This document shows, in pieces, positions 19,974 to 33,400 of a DNA stretch of 54,412 bases. How positions within the stretch are numbered: the first letter of the stretch is position 1; every line of letters begins with the position of its first letter. The notes under the pieces were generated by a model. The model had not been told where the DNA came from, made no database searches, and saw nothing but the letters and a program-made list of their open reading frames with translations. Origin of the DNA: a virus (taxonomy: Duplodnaviria; Caudoviricetes); IMG/VR virus record IMGVR_UViG_3300025168_000113, positions 1 to 54,412 of that record, one strand, 5' to 3'. The translations under genes were made by a program, and so were the position numbers.

Positions 19974-21779
19974 ATGGCGTACGGTATAGATATAAAATAT
20001 TTTAATTCCTTCTGGTTAAAGAAAGCTACAAAGAACTATGGTGGAAGCACCGATGTAAAGTCATCCACATGGCCTGGGCTTCCATGGAATCCTTTTGATA
20101 AAGTACTAGCAAATGCATTTCCTGTTTTTCCATATGGGACTGGGGCCACACCTGGTGAATTTGCTGGAACTACTTCTACTCCAGTAATTCCATTTGCACA
20201 GAACTGGTTTGTAGAAGAAAGTAGAATTAGAGGAGGATATAATAACATGTCAGTAGATCTTGGAGCTAGGGCTTACTTAGTAGATCCAGAGAGCAAACAA
20301 GTACATAGAAAAAGTTCTTTAATATACTCAGGTATTTTTAATTCTAGAACAGGTATAAACGAGACTAATCAATTTTCAACCGGTGTAGATATAACTAGAA
20401 GTTTAGATCCAGCTCAAGGATCAATTCAAAAATTATACACAGAAGATACTAACTTAATAATATTTCAAGAAAACAAAGTTAACAGAGCTTTAATAGATAA
20501 AGATACTATATATACTACTGAAAGTGGTACTGCCACTCAATTAATGGGCGCTGTTATAGGGCAAATTGTTCCATATTTAGGTGAATATGGTATAAGTGAC
20601 AATCCAGAATCTTTTGCTATTTTTGGTTATAGAAAGTATTTTTGTGATAGATACAGAGGTGTTATATTAAGATTATCTAGAGATGGTATAACAGAAATTT
20701 CTCAATACGGAATGAGGGATTATTTTAGAGATTATTTAAGAACTGTACCCAATGATTGGACTTTAGGTTTAATATCTTTTCCCGTTACTGGATCTCCTAG
20801 TGGAAACTCTATAAGTATATTATCAGACAGTTATCCTAATATACCTATAGGTGCTACACCTTATTTATTAACAAACGGTAATTTAGGACCTGTTGAAGTA
20901 GCTACTGGCACTCCTGGTAACTTTCAACAACCTGTTTACTTTGATTCAATAACCGATTTAGGTGGCGGTGTATGGAGATTTACTGTCCCTGGTGAAGGTG
21001 TAGATACTAATAGTGGTTTGTTCTGGAATGATCCATCTTTAAACATAACAGAATTGTATTTTGGTTATGAATATAAATCTCATATACCTGGTGCTTGGGA
21101 TAATCACAGCTACAATTATACACTATCTTTACAGTCAAAACCTAGATGGTTATCAACCGAATCTTCTACTTACAATACATTGTCATTTGATGAGTCTGTT
21201 TTAGGTTGGACTAGTTTTTATAGTTACAAACCTATTTTCATGGATAGCCTAAAAAATAGTTTCTATTCATTTATTGATTCAAACGTATATCAGCACTACG
21301 ATGAAATAACTCAAAATACGAGAGGTGTTTTTTATAGTGTGCGTAACGATTCAAATGTTACTTTAGTATTCAACCCTAACGTATCAATAATGAAGAACTT
21401 CCAAACAGTTTCGTATGAAGGAAGTAATGGATGGGAGGTTGATGAATTTAAGTCTGGGTTTGAAGGCACAGATTTTGTTAATTCGTTAAATCAAGAGTAT
21501 CAAGATACTACAGCAACTGTAAAAAGTTATTCCGAAGGTTTATATACTGAAAATGGAATACCTAACAGAGCAGGTTTTGATAGGAAAGAAAATAGATATG
21601 TAGCCAACTTAATTAACTCTAGTGCTGCAAGACCAGGTGAAATTATATTTGGCGCAGCTTCTAGTGGAATTAAAGGTTATTTTGCTACAGTTAAATTATC
21701 AACAGATGCCACAACTGATTTAGGTGGAATGAAAGAATTATTTTCAGTTGGATCTAAATTTGTGACATCTTCATATTAA
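19974..21779 (+). CDS. Tail nozzle/stabilisation protein, C-terminal part
   Basis: YGISDNPESFA...RLSRDGITEIS and WTSFYSY motifs typical of the C-terminal half of such proteins. Confidence 0.6.
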   Translation: MAYGIDIKYFNSFWLKKATKNYGGSTDVKSSTWPGLPWNPFDKVLANAFPVFPYGTGATPGEFAGTTSTPVIPFAQNWFVEESRIRGGYNNMSVDLGARAYLVDPESKQVHRKSSLIYSGIFNSRTGINETNQFSTGVDITRSLDPAQGSIQKLYTEDTNLIIFQENKVNRALIDKDTIYTTESGTATQLMGAVIGQIVPYLGEYGISDNPESFAIFGYRKYFCDRYRGVILRLSRDGITEISQYGMRDYFRDYLRTVPNDWTLGLISFPVTGSPSGNSISILSDSYPNIPIGATPYLLTNGNLGPVEVATGTPGNFQQPVYFDSITDLGGGVWRFTVPGEGVDTNSGLFWNDPSLNITELYFGYEYKSHIPGAWDNHSYNYTLSLQSKPRWLSTESSTYNTLSFDESVLGWTSFYSYKPIFMDSLKNSFYSFIDSNVYQHYDEITQNTRGVFYSVRNDSNVTLVFNPNVSIMKNFQTVSYEGSNGWEVDEFKSGFEGTDFVNSLNQEYQDTTATVKSYSEGLYTENGIPNRAGFDRKENRYVANLINSSAARPGEIIFGAASSGIKGYFATVKLSTDATTDLGGMKELFSVGSKFVTSSY

Positions 21780-21784
21780 ATTAA

Positions 21785-22198
21785 ATGGAATTAAATATAC
21801 GTAGACTTACAGACAAAGACTTTGATACATTAGCTTCGTGGTGGAAGCAATGGCCAGATTGGGAGGTAATGCCTAAAAGTTATTATCCAGAAGATGGCAC
21901 TGGAGGATTTATAGTAGAAAAAGGTGATAAACCTATAGTAGCAGGGTTTGTTTATTTAACGAACTCTAAGGGAGCTTTATTAGAATGGATAGTATCAGAT
22001 CCAGATTACCGTGAAGATGACAGACAGTCAGCGATAGAGCTGCTGATTGATGGATGTGAAAACGTTTGTAAAAGTTTAGGTTATGAATACATGTTTTCAA
22101 TAGGTAGAACAAAGAAATTAATAAATACGCATGAGAAAATGGGATGGCATGTTGATAAAAATCCGTCCTTTGAAATGATAAAAACTTTAAATAATTAA
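21785..22198 (+). CDS. GNAT-fold acetyltransferase-like protein
   Basis: IRRLT start, LEWIVSDPDYR motif A-like segment, HEKMGW; lies between tail and ejection genes. Confidence 0.6.
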   Translation: MELNIRRLTDKDFDTLASWWKQWPDWEVMPKSYYPEDGTGGFIVEKGDKPIVAGFVYLTNSKGALLEWIVSDPDYREDDRQSAIELLIDGCENVCKSLGYEYMFSIGRTKKLINTHEKMGWHVDKNPSFEMIKTLNN

Positions 22199-22199
22199 T

Positions 22200-22964
22200 A
22201 TGGCAGCATTAACAACTATCGCAGCGGTAGGAGGAATAGCATCGATTGCCGCAAGTACTGCTAACGCAATATCTTCTGGCAAAAAAGCTAAGGAAGCTAA
22301 ATCAGATATGGAGTTTCAGCAGAAAGCAGTAGCTAACTTAAAAGCGTCTAGAGAGGCTATAAAAAATCCTTATGAAAACGTAAGCAATCAATATGCTAAT
22401 TTAAGTGTTGCAACTCAAGCTGCAGAGTTTCAAGCTGAAGAAGCAGATATTGCTTTGGCAAATACGTTAGACACTTTAAGAGCAACTGGTGCTGGTGCTG
22501 GTGGAGCAACCGCATTAGCTCAAGCTGCTTTACAAAGTAAAAGAAATATATCAGCTAGTATAGAACAACAAGAAGTTAGTAATGCTAGATTAAGAGCTCA
22601 AGGGGCTATGACTGTTCAACAGCAAAAAGCTGCAGGTGAACAATGGAGATTCGCTACTCAAGACGCTAGAACTGCTGTAGATATGGATAGAGCTCAAGCA
22701 TTAACTGATAAAGCTGAAGCTCAACAGAATTACGAACGAAGCCAAATGTGGTCAGCTATAGGTAATATACCAGGACAAGTTATGAATTTAGGATCTTCTT
22801 TTGGAGGGTCGTCAAGTTCTGGTGTTACACCTCCAACAGGTGAGGGGATGTGGGGTTATGGAGATGCTCCAACAGGAACTACTGGTGGAATGGATCCTTC
22901 TGGCTCTACTTATTCTGTAGCTCCAGGTGCTATATACAATCCCGCTACTGGACAATACGAATAA
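22200..22964 (+). CDS. Internal virion/DNA ejection protein
   Basis: Ala/Gln-rich helical protein with an amphipathic Gly/Ala N-terminus. Confidence 0.55.
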   Translation: MAALTTIAAVGGIASIAASTANAISSGKKAKEAKSDMEFQQKAVANLKASREAIKNPYENVSNQYANLSVATQAAEFQAEEADIALANTLDTLRATGAGAGGATALAQAALQSKRNISASIEQQEVSNARLRAQGAMTVQQQKAAGEQWRFATQDARTAVDMDRAQALTDKAEAQQNYERSQMWSAIGNIPGQVMNLGSSFGGSSSSGVTPPTGEGMWGYGDAPTGTTGGMDPSGSTYSVAPGAIYNPATGQYE

Positions 22965-22980
22965 CCTTAACTTATAGACA

Positions 22981-24474
22981 ATGGGAACATATAGACAACC
23001 AGGACAGATAATAGATCCCTCTAGCGGAGCAATAAATGAAGCTATAAAAAGCTTTGATGATAAGGTTAACAGTTTATTTAAAGACTTGAATAATCAAAAT
23101 ACTGACAATCAAGTTAAAAATAAAAAGCTACAGGAAGAAGCAGAGATAGACAAACTTAAAGGACACCGTGAATGGCAGAAGGCTGTTAGCAGCGCTAAAC
23201 CTAAAAAAGGTTTTAGCAAAGAAATGACACGTCAACTAAGAGAATGGGGAGATGAATATTATGATCTATATGGAAGTACTGATAAAGATGATTTAGATAG
23301 AATGTCTTTGCTGTTAAACTACCCAGAGGAAATCGCTAAAACACAAGGTGTTATTACAGCTAATATGAATCCTTACATGTCCGCTAATTCAGTAAGCAAT
23401 AATGGCGCTGGAGCAATAAACTATGATACAAGTTGGAATTTAGGATTAGAAATTATGAATGACATTGCTAAAAACAATGGAGATAATTTTGACTTAAGAG
23501 AGGAGAATGGGCAGTTGATATGGTCGTTAAATGGAAGTGATATCAATAATGATGAATTAGTTAAATACTCTGAAACTGGAGAATTACTGTTTGATATTAA
23601 CGGAGATATTGATAAAGTAATGATGACATATGTTAATGGTGATAGAAAAAGTGGGACTGAAGGTTGGAAAGATATAATAGATTACGACAAAGGGTTAAAA
23701 ATAGCTCAAAAAACTGGTAATCAAATTGTAACAACTTTAGACTACGATGAACTAAACGAAACGTTAAAACAAACTGCTTATACTTCAGACATGAGTGGCG
23801 CTTTAGATGATGCCGCTTTAATGAAGAGTGTTTGGCCTCAACTAGTTAGATGGGCGGAAGCTAATCAGCCAGAATTAATATACGGACCAGACGGAAAACT
23901 AGGTGGTGGAGATGATTTAATTACTGTTAACTACACCGGTGGTTCAGCTTTGTGGTTTAGTGGACAAAATAATAGTATACTACAAAAACAACAAGAGGTA
24001 GCTAAGTCTATTATGATAGAAAGAATGTTTGATCCTACATTAGCTTCTAAATATGGTATTAAAGAAACTAGAAAAACAGCTAGCAGACCGGCGCCAGGTG
24101 GTGGTAGTAAAAATAAACGTCCAGATGAAGCTAAGTTTAGAAATGAATACACAGATAAAGTTTTAAATGATAGCAATGTTATTTTTGATAACAGCGGTGT
24201 TATGACCTCTTATGACATTGAAGCTGTTATTGATCTTCTAAACGTTGGTAGACCTGGTGGTAAAAATAGATTTTATTTTACACCACAAGAAGTTTATGAT
24301 CAAGCTTTAAGTGCAGGAACTTTTGCAGATCAAGCTCAAGCAGATCAATGGTTAACTGACAATTCTAATAACGTGTTTACAAAACTAAAAGATATAAAAG
24401 CAATATTAGATCCAAGCACTTGGGATACTCAAAAAGAATTAGTTGAATTAATGTTAGATACACATTATAAATAA
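22981..24474 (+). CDS. Internal virion protein (putative)
   Basis: 497 aa between a small ejection protein and the giant gene. Confidence 0.5.
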   Translation: MGTYRQPGQIIDPSSGAINEAIKSFDDKVNSLFKDLNNQNTDNQVKNKKLQEEAEIDKLKGHREWQKAVSSAKPKKGFSKEMTRQLREWGDEYYDLYGSTDKDDLDRMSLLLNYPEEIAKTQGVITANMNPYMSANSVSNNGAGAINYDTSWNLGLEIMNDIAKNNGDNFDLREENGQLIWSLNGSDINNDELVKYSETGELLFDINGDIDKVMMTYVNGDRKSGTEGWKDIIDYDKGLKIAQKTGNQIVTTLDYDELNETLKQTAYTSDMSGALDDAALMKSVWPQLVRWAEANQPELIYGPDGKLGGGDDLITVNYTGGSALWFSGQNNSILQKQQEVAKSIMIERMFDPTLASKYGIKETRKTASRPAPGGGSKNKRPDEAKFRNEYTDKVLNDSNVIFDNSGVMTSYDIEAVIDLLNVGRPGGKNRFYFTPQEVYDQALSAGTFADQAQADQWLTDNSNNVFTKLKDIKAILDPSTWDTQKELVELMLDTHYK

Positions 24475-24478
24475 TTTT

Positions 24479-27400
24479 ATGGCACAAGCATTTAAAAGTT
24501 TACAATTTAATAACCCAACTACTGAAGATAAAAAGAAAAGTAGAAAGGAGAGAAAAAGAAAAGTATTAGAAGATACAGTTAAAGGTGTAAAAGCTAAGAG
24601 CACTCGTAAAGGTACTACATCATATAATACTATGTGGGACAATTTTACTGTAGGAGAAAAAATACAATTAACTTTAGAGGGAAAAGGTAAATGGAGTATA
24701 AACGAGGATGGTAATCCAAACTGGTCTATATTTGGGTCTGGCACACAAGCTTCTGCTAAAGCGCAAGAGAAGTTAACTAAAATAACTGACAGAGAAAAAG
24801 CTAAACAAGAAAGACAAGATAAAAGAACAATAGCTAAAGAAGATTCAGAAGCGTATAAAAAAAGACAGCAAAGCTTAAGTAGTTTTAGTGGTGGTGGATG
24901 GATGGACTCTTCCGCATTAAGTGATTTTCAAAAAAGCAAATTAGATTTAGTGTTATCAGAAGAATTCCCTGATGCTAAAGTTGATGGTAACACTATAGCT
25001 ATAGAAGACGAGGTTTACAACATAGAAGGAATAAGTTTAGTAGATGAAAATAGAGAAAAGAAAGTAGACATACTTAGACCAACTCCTTATGCTGATCCAC
25101 TTGCTACTGGATTAAGACCGGCTTACGTTGAAGAAAAAGGTGGTGGCACTATGAAGCTACCTGATAGATATGACGTTCTGTTAACGAGACAGGATGGTAC
25201 TGGAGTAGTAGTAAATAAATTAGTACTTCCTTTCGTTGATCCTACTGACGAGGGAGAAGAAATACTAGGCGGACTAACGGGTTTTCCGGATGTTGAAATA
25301 CTAAATTTTGAAGATCCTGAGTTAATACAAGAAATTAAAGATGAAACTAGATCAGCTTTAGATAAAACTAATAGTAAAAGAATTCAAAATATATTAATAG
25401 ATAAAGGATTAATAGGAGAGTCGGAAGTTACCATAGAAGGAACCGGAGAAAAGAAATTAGAACCTACTACACAGTATGATATAAGACCAATGGAGAAAAT
25501 CGAAGATGCTCCAGTAAGTATATTGTATAAAAATGGTGCAGCTACTGACCTTGCTAAAGACATAATCAATGGAGATATAGGAGAAAAGAATGCTAAAGAT
25601 ATATTTCAAGAGATATATGGTGATTACGGAGTTACGGTAGAAGAAGGTGGTGATGTTGGAGATGAATTAATATTTAAAATTGGTTCTGAGGAATTAGAAG
25701 TTAATCTAGATGGAGGGATTAAAGAAGCGAAGAGTACAGCTAAAGATGTCCATGACTTTATAAAAGCTAATAGTAGAAAGTCTACATTTGAATCTTATGA
25801 TAAACCAACTATAGCTAACGTAAAAGAACTACAACAAAGGGCTAACGTTATAGCAAATCAAATAGCCGTAGCAAATAAAGAAGCTAAAGACTTATATTAC
25901 AAATATAGTACTGAGTTAGTAGAAATAATTGAACTTATAGTTGAAGATCCTATTAATTCAGTTTCTAGGTTATCAGATTTTTTAGAAAACAATCCAAAGC
26001 TAGAAGAAGCTACTGATACATTTTTAAACGATGTTGAAGAGTTAACTAAAAAGATTGAAATAAAACAAGCTTACTTAAATGATTTAGTTAAAGTTCAGCA
26101 AGAATTAGTTGCTAATTTAATTAAAGCAACAAAACAAGGAATAGATCCTTATACCGGCAAACCTGCTGGCGAAGGTACAATAGCTGGTTTTATAGGTAAC
26201 ACAGCTACAAAAACAGCTGTACAATCAATAGGTGGGGCAGCTACTTCCGCTTTAAGACTTTTAAGTTTATTTGGACCAGCATGGACAGACGAAGGGTCTA
26301 AAGCTGTGGAAGACACAATGCGTGAAATAAGAGGTAACATAAAAGCTTTATCTAATGAGCTTGCTACAGACACTGAAGAAGAATATATAAGAAGATTAGT
26401 AGATGACAGTATAATTGCTGCAGTTGGAGAGCAAGTTACTAGAATGGGTGCTCAATTTGTTCTATCTGGTTTTAACCCATACCTCATGTTTATAGCCATG
26501 ACAGGAGAGATGACTTATCAAAACGAAGAAATAATTGGTATTAATCAAAACATTCCTACACCAGTTAAAGGTGCTACAATATTTTCTACAGGATTAATAG
26601 GTGGTTTATTAGAAAGAGCTGGTTTTCAAAAAATGTTACCTAAATCAACTACTAAAAGAGCTATTCCATGGATACTATCAAAAATTAAAAATAGAAAAGG
26701 TGGGTTTCCAAAAACCCGTCAAGAACTTGCACAAGCAATAGGAGTACAGGTAGAGAAATTAGCTTATGCAGTTCAACAAGGAGGTGAAGCTGCTTTTGTA
26801 GAAACAATTACAGAAGTTGCTCAAGAAGGAGTAAATAAAACAGCTGTAGAAATATTAACAGCAGTGTATGAAGAAGAGGGTGATTCGCCTTTATTTGATT
26901 CGCAATTTAGGTTGTTAAATAATCCTAAGTTGCTAGATCAAATGATAGAAATTATTAAAATATCTGCTGCTACAGGTGGGTTAATGGGTAGTATAGGTGG
27001 TGTTGTAGATTTAAACAGAGAAAATAAACTTAGAAAAATCAACGCAAAAGAGTTTAATAAATTAATGACTTTTGTAAAAGACCCAGCTGCTGTTCAAGCT
27101 TTTGAGATACAAATGGTTCACGACTTAATGAAAGGAGCTTCGTTAGCTGATGTACAAGCAAAAGTTAATTCGCTGAAAGAAATACAAGATTTAATAGAAC
27201 AGATACCTACAAACTTAGATGAAGATACTAAGCAGAAAATATTTTTAAATCTTAAAAAAATAAAAGCTCTTGAAGCTTATATTAGTAAGTATAATGGTAC
27301 ATTAGTAAAAGCTGAAAAACAACAAATAGAAGATCTTAAAAAACAAAATGAAGAGTTAGCTGCTGATCCAGAAAATAGAGGTAAAGATTTAACCTTAGAA

Positions 27401-30400
27401 GAAAGACAAGAAATAGAAAAAGAAACGTTTAAAGAAGATACTAAAAAAGTATCAAAGTCTATTGATTCCTATATAGCTAAACTTAATAAGCAGTTACAAA
27501 AAGTTAAAGGCGCTACTATATTCACTATAGAAACTACAAAGAAAGAAGGTGAAAAAGGTTTTGAAAGATTAAAAGAAAAAATAAAGAAAGAGTATGGCGA
27601 AGATGCCGCTGGAAAAATGAACCCAAATGAGCCAGCTCAAATTATTCAATCACCTTCAGGTAAGTTTAAAAGCTTTATAATAATAAATAAACCTGTATTA
27701 ATTAGACAACCAGTAAATCCATTGGACGTTATTGATCATGAGGTCGGTCATTTCTTGTTTGAGAAAGCGTTGTTGTCTAATCCTGAACTTGCTTCTGAAC
27801 TAAAAAAGTCGTTAAGAGATCATTTGTTAGCGGAAGGAAAAAATGATTTAGTTAAGAAATTAGATAAAAGAATAGATGAAGACTATGTTGAACAAGATAA
27901 AGCAGAGAAAAAATTAGCTGAAGAAGAGGGAAGAGAGTATACTCCAATGACTCAGAGTGATTTTGATGAAGAATGGGTTATGAATTTTATTCAAATGGAC
28001 TCTATACCTGATCCTTCTTTCTGGCAAAAATTGTTAAAATTGTTTAACGATTTAATGGCGACTTTTGGTGTAGCAGAAGATGGAGCTCCGTTATTAGAAA
28101 GTACTGATGGAGAGTCTATATATAATTTTCTAAAAGGAATAAGAGAGTTTGGAGTAAGAGGTGAAGTAAAAATAGATTCTAGTAAAAAGACTGAAGATGT
28201 TGATAAAGATGTTAGCGCAACAAGTAAATCTTCAAAGAAGTTATCTCCTGAACAAAGTAAAACTGTAGAAGAAAGTATATTAGAGTTAAAACAAGAGATA
28301 AAAGAAAATGAAGAAATAGCTGCAAAGTTTGGTAAAGAACCTGTACCTACAGCTAAACAAAGAAGGTTAGAAGAATCAATACTTAAAGATCAGCTTAAAC
28401 CTACTATAGATAGTTTTGTTGAGTCTCAAACTAAAAGGTTATTTGATCCTATAGCACCAGATGCTAGGAACAATGTAACTAGACAAGCGTTTAGAGAGTC
28501 TATGGTTTCAGATATTGAAACTATGATTATTAAAGAGTTTGAACAGAAACAAGATATAGAAAAGTTTATTACTAGTAGAGGTTATTTAAGAGCTAATAGT
28601 CTAGCTAAAAGACTAGGTATTAAAAGCGTAGAGCAAGGTATTGATAAAGACATCGACCAAGCAAAAGGTGTTGCTGCAGAAACTGAAACAATTACTGTTG
28701 ATGAGAAAAAACCTACTAAACAGATTAAGCTTAAGGAAAGATTAGGTAACGATGCTATTGAGATAACCGAAGAAGTTAAAGAACGTGGTAAAGACATTGA
28801 TCTTGAAACTGTAGACTTTAAATCATTAAAAGATCTTACACCTGAAATGACTCAGGAAATGTTTGGTATATCTCCTAAACCTGGCAACTTAAGTAAAGCA
28901 GATGTAAGAAATGCTCAGCAGTTTATATCAAAGCATGCTGACGTGCTAATCGCAATGCTACCTGAAGGATCTACTCCATCTGGCACATCTACCGGTGTTC
29001 AAAAAGTTTTGTTAGATGCTTTTTATACTAAAGGAGATAGAGCAGTAATGGCAAAAACCGGTAGTAAAGCTGGATTACAAGAGCAAACAAAAAGAAATGA
29101 CATAACTAAAGAAGAGTTTTTAGAGTTGTTTGGTATTACCCCTGCGGGTCAGCCAAATATATCTGATAGAAATACTAGTTCTAAAATAAAAGCACTTGTA
29201 GCTCAAACAGGCAGAATGCTTACTAATCAAGCTTTAAGAGAACAAGCTGAAGACACTGGTAAAACAGTACCATCAAAAGTATTTGAAGGTAAAGCTAAAA
29301 CTATGTTTGCTAAAGCAGCAGAAAAAGAAGCTGAAAAATTAATAAACAATAAAAACGTTTTAGAAACTAGTGACGAAGTATTAATAGGAGAAGAACTAAT
29401 TAAAGAAATAGGAACGTGGAGAGGTTTAGTTGACGCTTATAAAGGTGTAGAAGCTTTAGATTTACGAGACGAAAATGATCTTGAAGAATATAAAAACTGG
29501 GTATTAACAGAATTTGCAAAAAGATTACCAAAAGAGTTTTTTAAAGCTGGTTTTTTTAGTGGAGGAAGGCGAACATTAGAAAGCGGTGCTTTAGCTTGGT
29601 TTGGTAAAGAAGATTTTAATAAAAGTATTAAAACGGTTGAGCAGTTTGGAGAGTTTGATCAAGACATTATTAATGCTGCAACAAGAGTTAATGATGGAAA
29701 AATAATTGTAAAAGATTCTAACGGTAAAAACAAAAAAGTTAAGTTTGGAGAAAAAGAATTTACTAAGTTTGCTGATAGTAAATTAAGAGGTTTAAAGAAA
29801 GTATTCGAGATTTTTCAAGATATGATAGTTGACGATCCTCAAAACATTAAATACATTGGTCAATTTTTAAGTAGTACTAGTGCTAACATGTCTCAATTTA
29901 TTCGTGTTGCAGCTCCTTGGAGATTTATGCAACAAAATTTAGAGGGTAAAAAGACTATAGAAGAACACACGTTACCTGTAAGTTTTACAGCTAAATATTT
30001 ATTTGAAAGAGCTATCGAGGAAAATGTAGATGACTATTGGTATGGTATAGAACAGAACTTCTTTCAAGGTTTAATAACTAAAGCTAATGATGATAAGTTG
30101 AAAGACCTGCCAGGTCAACCTAAAAGAAAATTAAGAGACTTTCCTCCTAAAGAACAGGCTTACGATATACTTATAGGTAACGATTCTATTTGGTTAAGAT
30201 ACTTTAATGACTTTGTAAATAACAATAAAAATGGCTTTAATGCAAATGAAATAGTTTTAGAAAACGGAAAAACAATAGCTCAAGAATTTAAAGTTGAAGT
30301 CGATAAAAAGTTCCAACAAGATCCTAACGTTATTCAATTTCAAAACGGTTTAATAGAAAAAGTGCTGTTAGGTGAAGATATAAAATCTCAACAAGAGATG

Positions 30401-33400
30401 GATATTTTTACAGAAAAACTAGCTAAAGAAAAGAAAAAAGCTAATAGCAAAAACAGTTTAAAACTTAAAGATAGTAAAGTAGTTAAAGTAAATGAAAACG
30501 CACCAACATCTGAAAATATAAGAGAAGCAGAAGTACTAGACAAAGCTTTAAATATAGCTCGTGATCCTAATGCTCCAGTTAAAAAGATTAGGGTATTTGA
30601 CTTTGATGATACGTTAGCTAGAACAAAAAGTAATGTATTGTATACTATGCCTGATGGAACTACTGGTAAATTAACTGCTGAAGAGTTTGCTAAGAAAGGT
30701 AGTGAGATGTTAGAGCAAGGAGCGGTATGGGATTTCTCAGAGTTCAACAAGGTAATGGAAGGTAAAGAAGGTCCATTATTAGGAGTTGCTAGATTAATTC
30801 AACAAGCAAGAGGAACTAAAGATGTATTTGTACTTACAGCTAGATCTCAAGAAGCTGCACCAGCTATTAAAGAATTCTTAGATAGTGTAGGGTTAAATAT
30901 ACCTATTGAAAACATAACAGGTTTAGGTGATAGTTCTCCACTTGCTAAATCAAACTGGGTTGTAGATAAAGCAGCTGATGGTTATAATGATTTCTACTTT
31001 GCTGATGATCACATGGGTAACGTAGATGCTGTACAGAAAGCATTAGCAGTAATGGAAGCTAAAGCTAAAGTGCAACAAGCAAAAATCAAATTCAGTCTCA
31101 ATACTAAGCGAGATTTAAAATGGAAAACTATAGGCGGTTCTTTTAACATTGTAGAAGCTGATTTCGAAGTTGATGGAAAAGATTATCAAATTGAAATAAA
31201 GAGAAAAGGCGTTGGACATATTTTTAGTAAATTAGAGGATCACTTTAGTACTTTAGAATTAGCGTTGAACCCTACTAAAGAAATTGCAGATGATAATTTA
31301 AGAGAAAAAGAATTAAGCGGTGGTAAACCTAAAATATTAGATGCGTCTTTTTATAGGATTACAGATAATTTCTACACAGGTATTGAAAAAGACGTTGACT
31401 TAACAGGTGAAGGTAATGCGGCTGAAGTGATATCAATAGTTGTCAACGGCTTGGTGGATAAATATAAGAAAACCAAAGGTGCGCAAGGTGTTACTTTCAC
31501 AGCCTACGAACCAAGCAGAACGAGATTATATAGAACACTAGCTAACATGTTTGGTGAAAAGTTAGGTTTAAAAGTTTTAGAAACAGAATTTGATGGTTCT
31601 GAGACAAGCACTGAATTTTTGTTATTAGATAAAACACTATTTGAAGAAGTTAAAAGAACACCTGTAACAAAGCTCAGCAAACAATCTAAATCAAAAACAC
31701 CTGCGATTAAGTTTAGTTTAAATACTAAACGAGATTTAAAATGGAAACTTATAGAAAAACCAGCTCGTGAAGGTGGAAATGTTCAAGAAGCGCTTTTTAA
31801 AGTCAAAGGTAAAGATTATTTAGTTGATGCAAATGTTGAAAATATTGAAGATCTTTTTTACAAGTTGGAAGACATGGTGGGTATGGAAATGACAGAATCT
31901 GAAGTGGAAGCTGTAAGTAATAAATTAAAAGAAGATAATGATGTTAAACCTAAAATAATTGAAACTTCTTTTTATAGGACTAGAAATCGGCCTTCAGGAA
32001 GAGATGGAAAAGATATTGATTTAACTGGTGAAGGTGACGCTGCTGAGGTACTATCGATAGTTGTTAATGGTTTAGTCGAAAAGTATAAAAATACTGAAGG
32101 TGCACAAGGTATTGCTTTTACATCGTTTGAACCAAGCAGGACAAGATTATATAGAACAATAGCGAACTTATTTGCTAGAAAATTAAATTTAAAAGTTTTA
32201 GAAAAAGAAGGCGACGGTAATTACATTCCAACTGGGTTTATATTGCTAGATAAAAACTTAATTGAAACATTTGAAGAAACGCCTGCGATCAAGTTTAGTA
32301 AACAGTCTAAGCCAGTTCAAACAGTATTAGACGTTGTTGATGTTAAATCTGACGTTCAAAAAGCTAAGACTAAGTTTAGTAAAACTGTGGATCAAGTAAT
32401 GAACACCATTATCTTCCAAAAAACTGGTATTCAACAATATAAAGAATTTGCGGAAGTATCGGCACAAGCTAAAGGTAGAGGAGTAAAGTCGTTTGATTTA
32501 ATACCTCCATCAGCTCAAGACTTTGGAGGGCTATTATATAAGTTACTATCTAAAGGTGAATTAGGTGACAAGCAATGGAAGTGGATGCAAGAGCATTTGA
32601 TTAGACCTTACGGCAGAGCAATGAACGACTTATCTGTGGCTCAGAATCAATTAATGGCTGACTTTAAAGCTTTGAAACAAAGTTTGAGCGGTGTACCTAA
32701 AAACTTAAAGAAAAAAGCTTTTGGTGGATTCACAAATGAAGACGTTGTTCGGATTACTACTTGGGATAGGCAAGGTATAAAAGTTGATGGTATATCCAAA
32801 AGAGATTTAGACGCTGCAAGAGATTACGTAGCAAACAAACCAGATCTCAATAACTTTATTGACCAATTGATTGCTATAACTAAAGGTGATGGTTATTATT
32901 ATCCAGGTAAAAACTGGTTAGCAGGTACTATTACTACAGATTTTAGAGAAGGTTTAAGAAAAGTTGCTAGAAAAAACTTACTTGAACAATGGCAAGAGAA
33001 CGTTGATTTAGCTTTCAATGAAAGCAATATGAATAAAATCGAGGCTGAGTTTGGTCCTAAGTATAGAGAAGCGTTAGAAGACTCTTTACGTAGAATGAGT
33101 ACTGGTCAAAACAGGGCTAAAGGTATGAGCCGTATTGAACAAAGATTTGCTGATTATATAAACAACTCTGTTGGTGCTGTAATGTTCTTAAATGCAAGAT
33201 CTGCGGTGTTACAGACCATATCTGCTGTTAACTTTATAAATTGGAATGACAACAACCCTATGAAAGCTGCTCAAGCTTTTGCTAATCAACCTCAGTATTG
33301 GAAAGATTTCATGAAGTTAATGAATTCAGATTTCTTAGTTGATAGAAGAAACGGTTTAAAGATTAATGTTAGTGAATCGGAAATAGCTGAAGCTGCTAAA

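Noticed and set aside
30590-30625. DFDD in the giant protein as a virion RNA polymerase DxDxD motif
   Set aside because: The context RVFDFDDTL with later TAR and FADD fits HAD motifs I, II and IV; the third Asp of DxDxD is missing.
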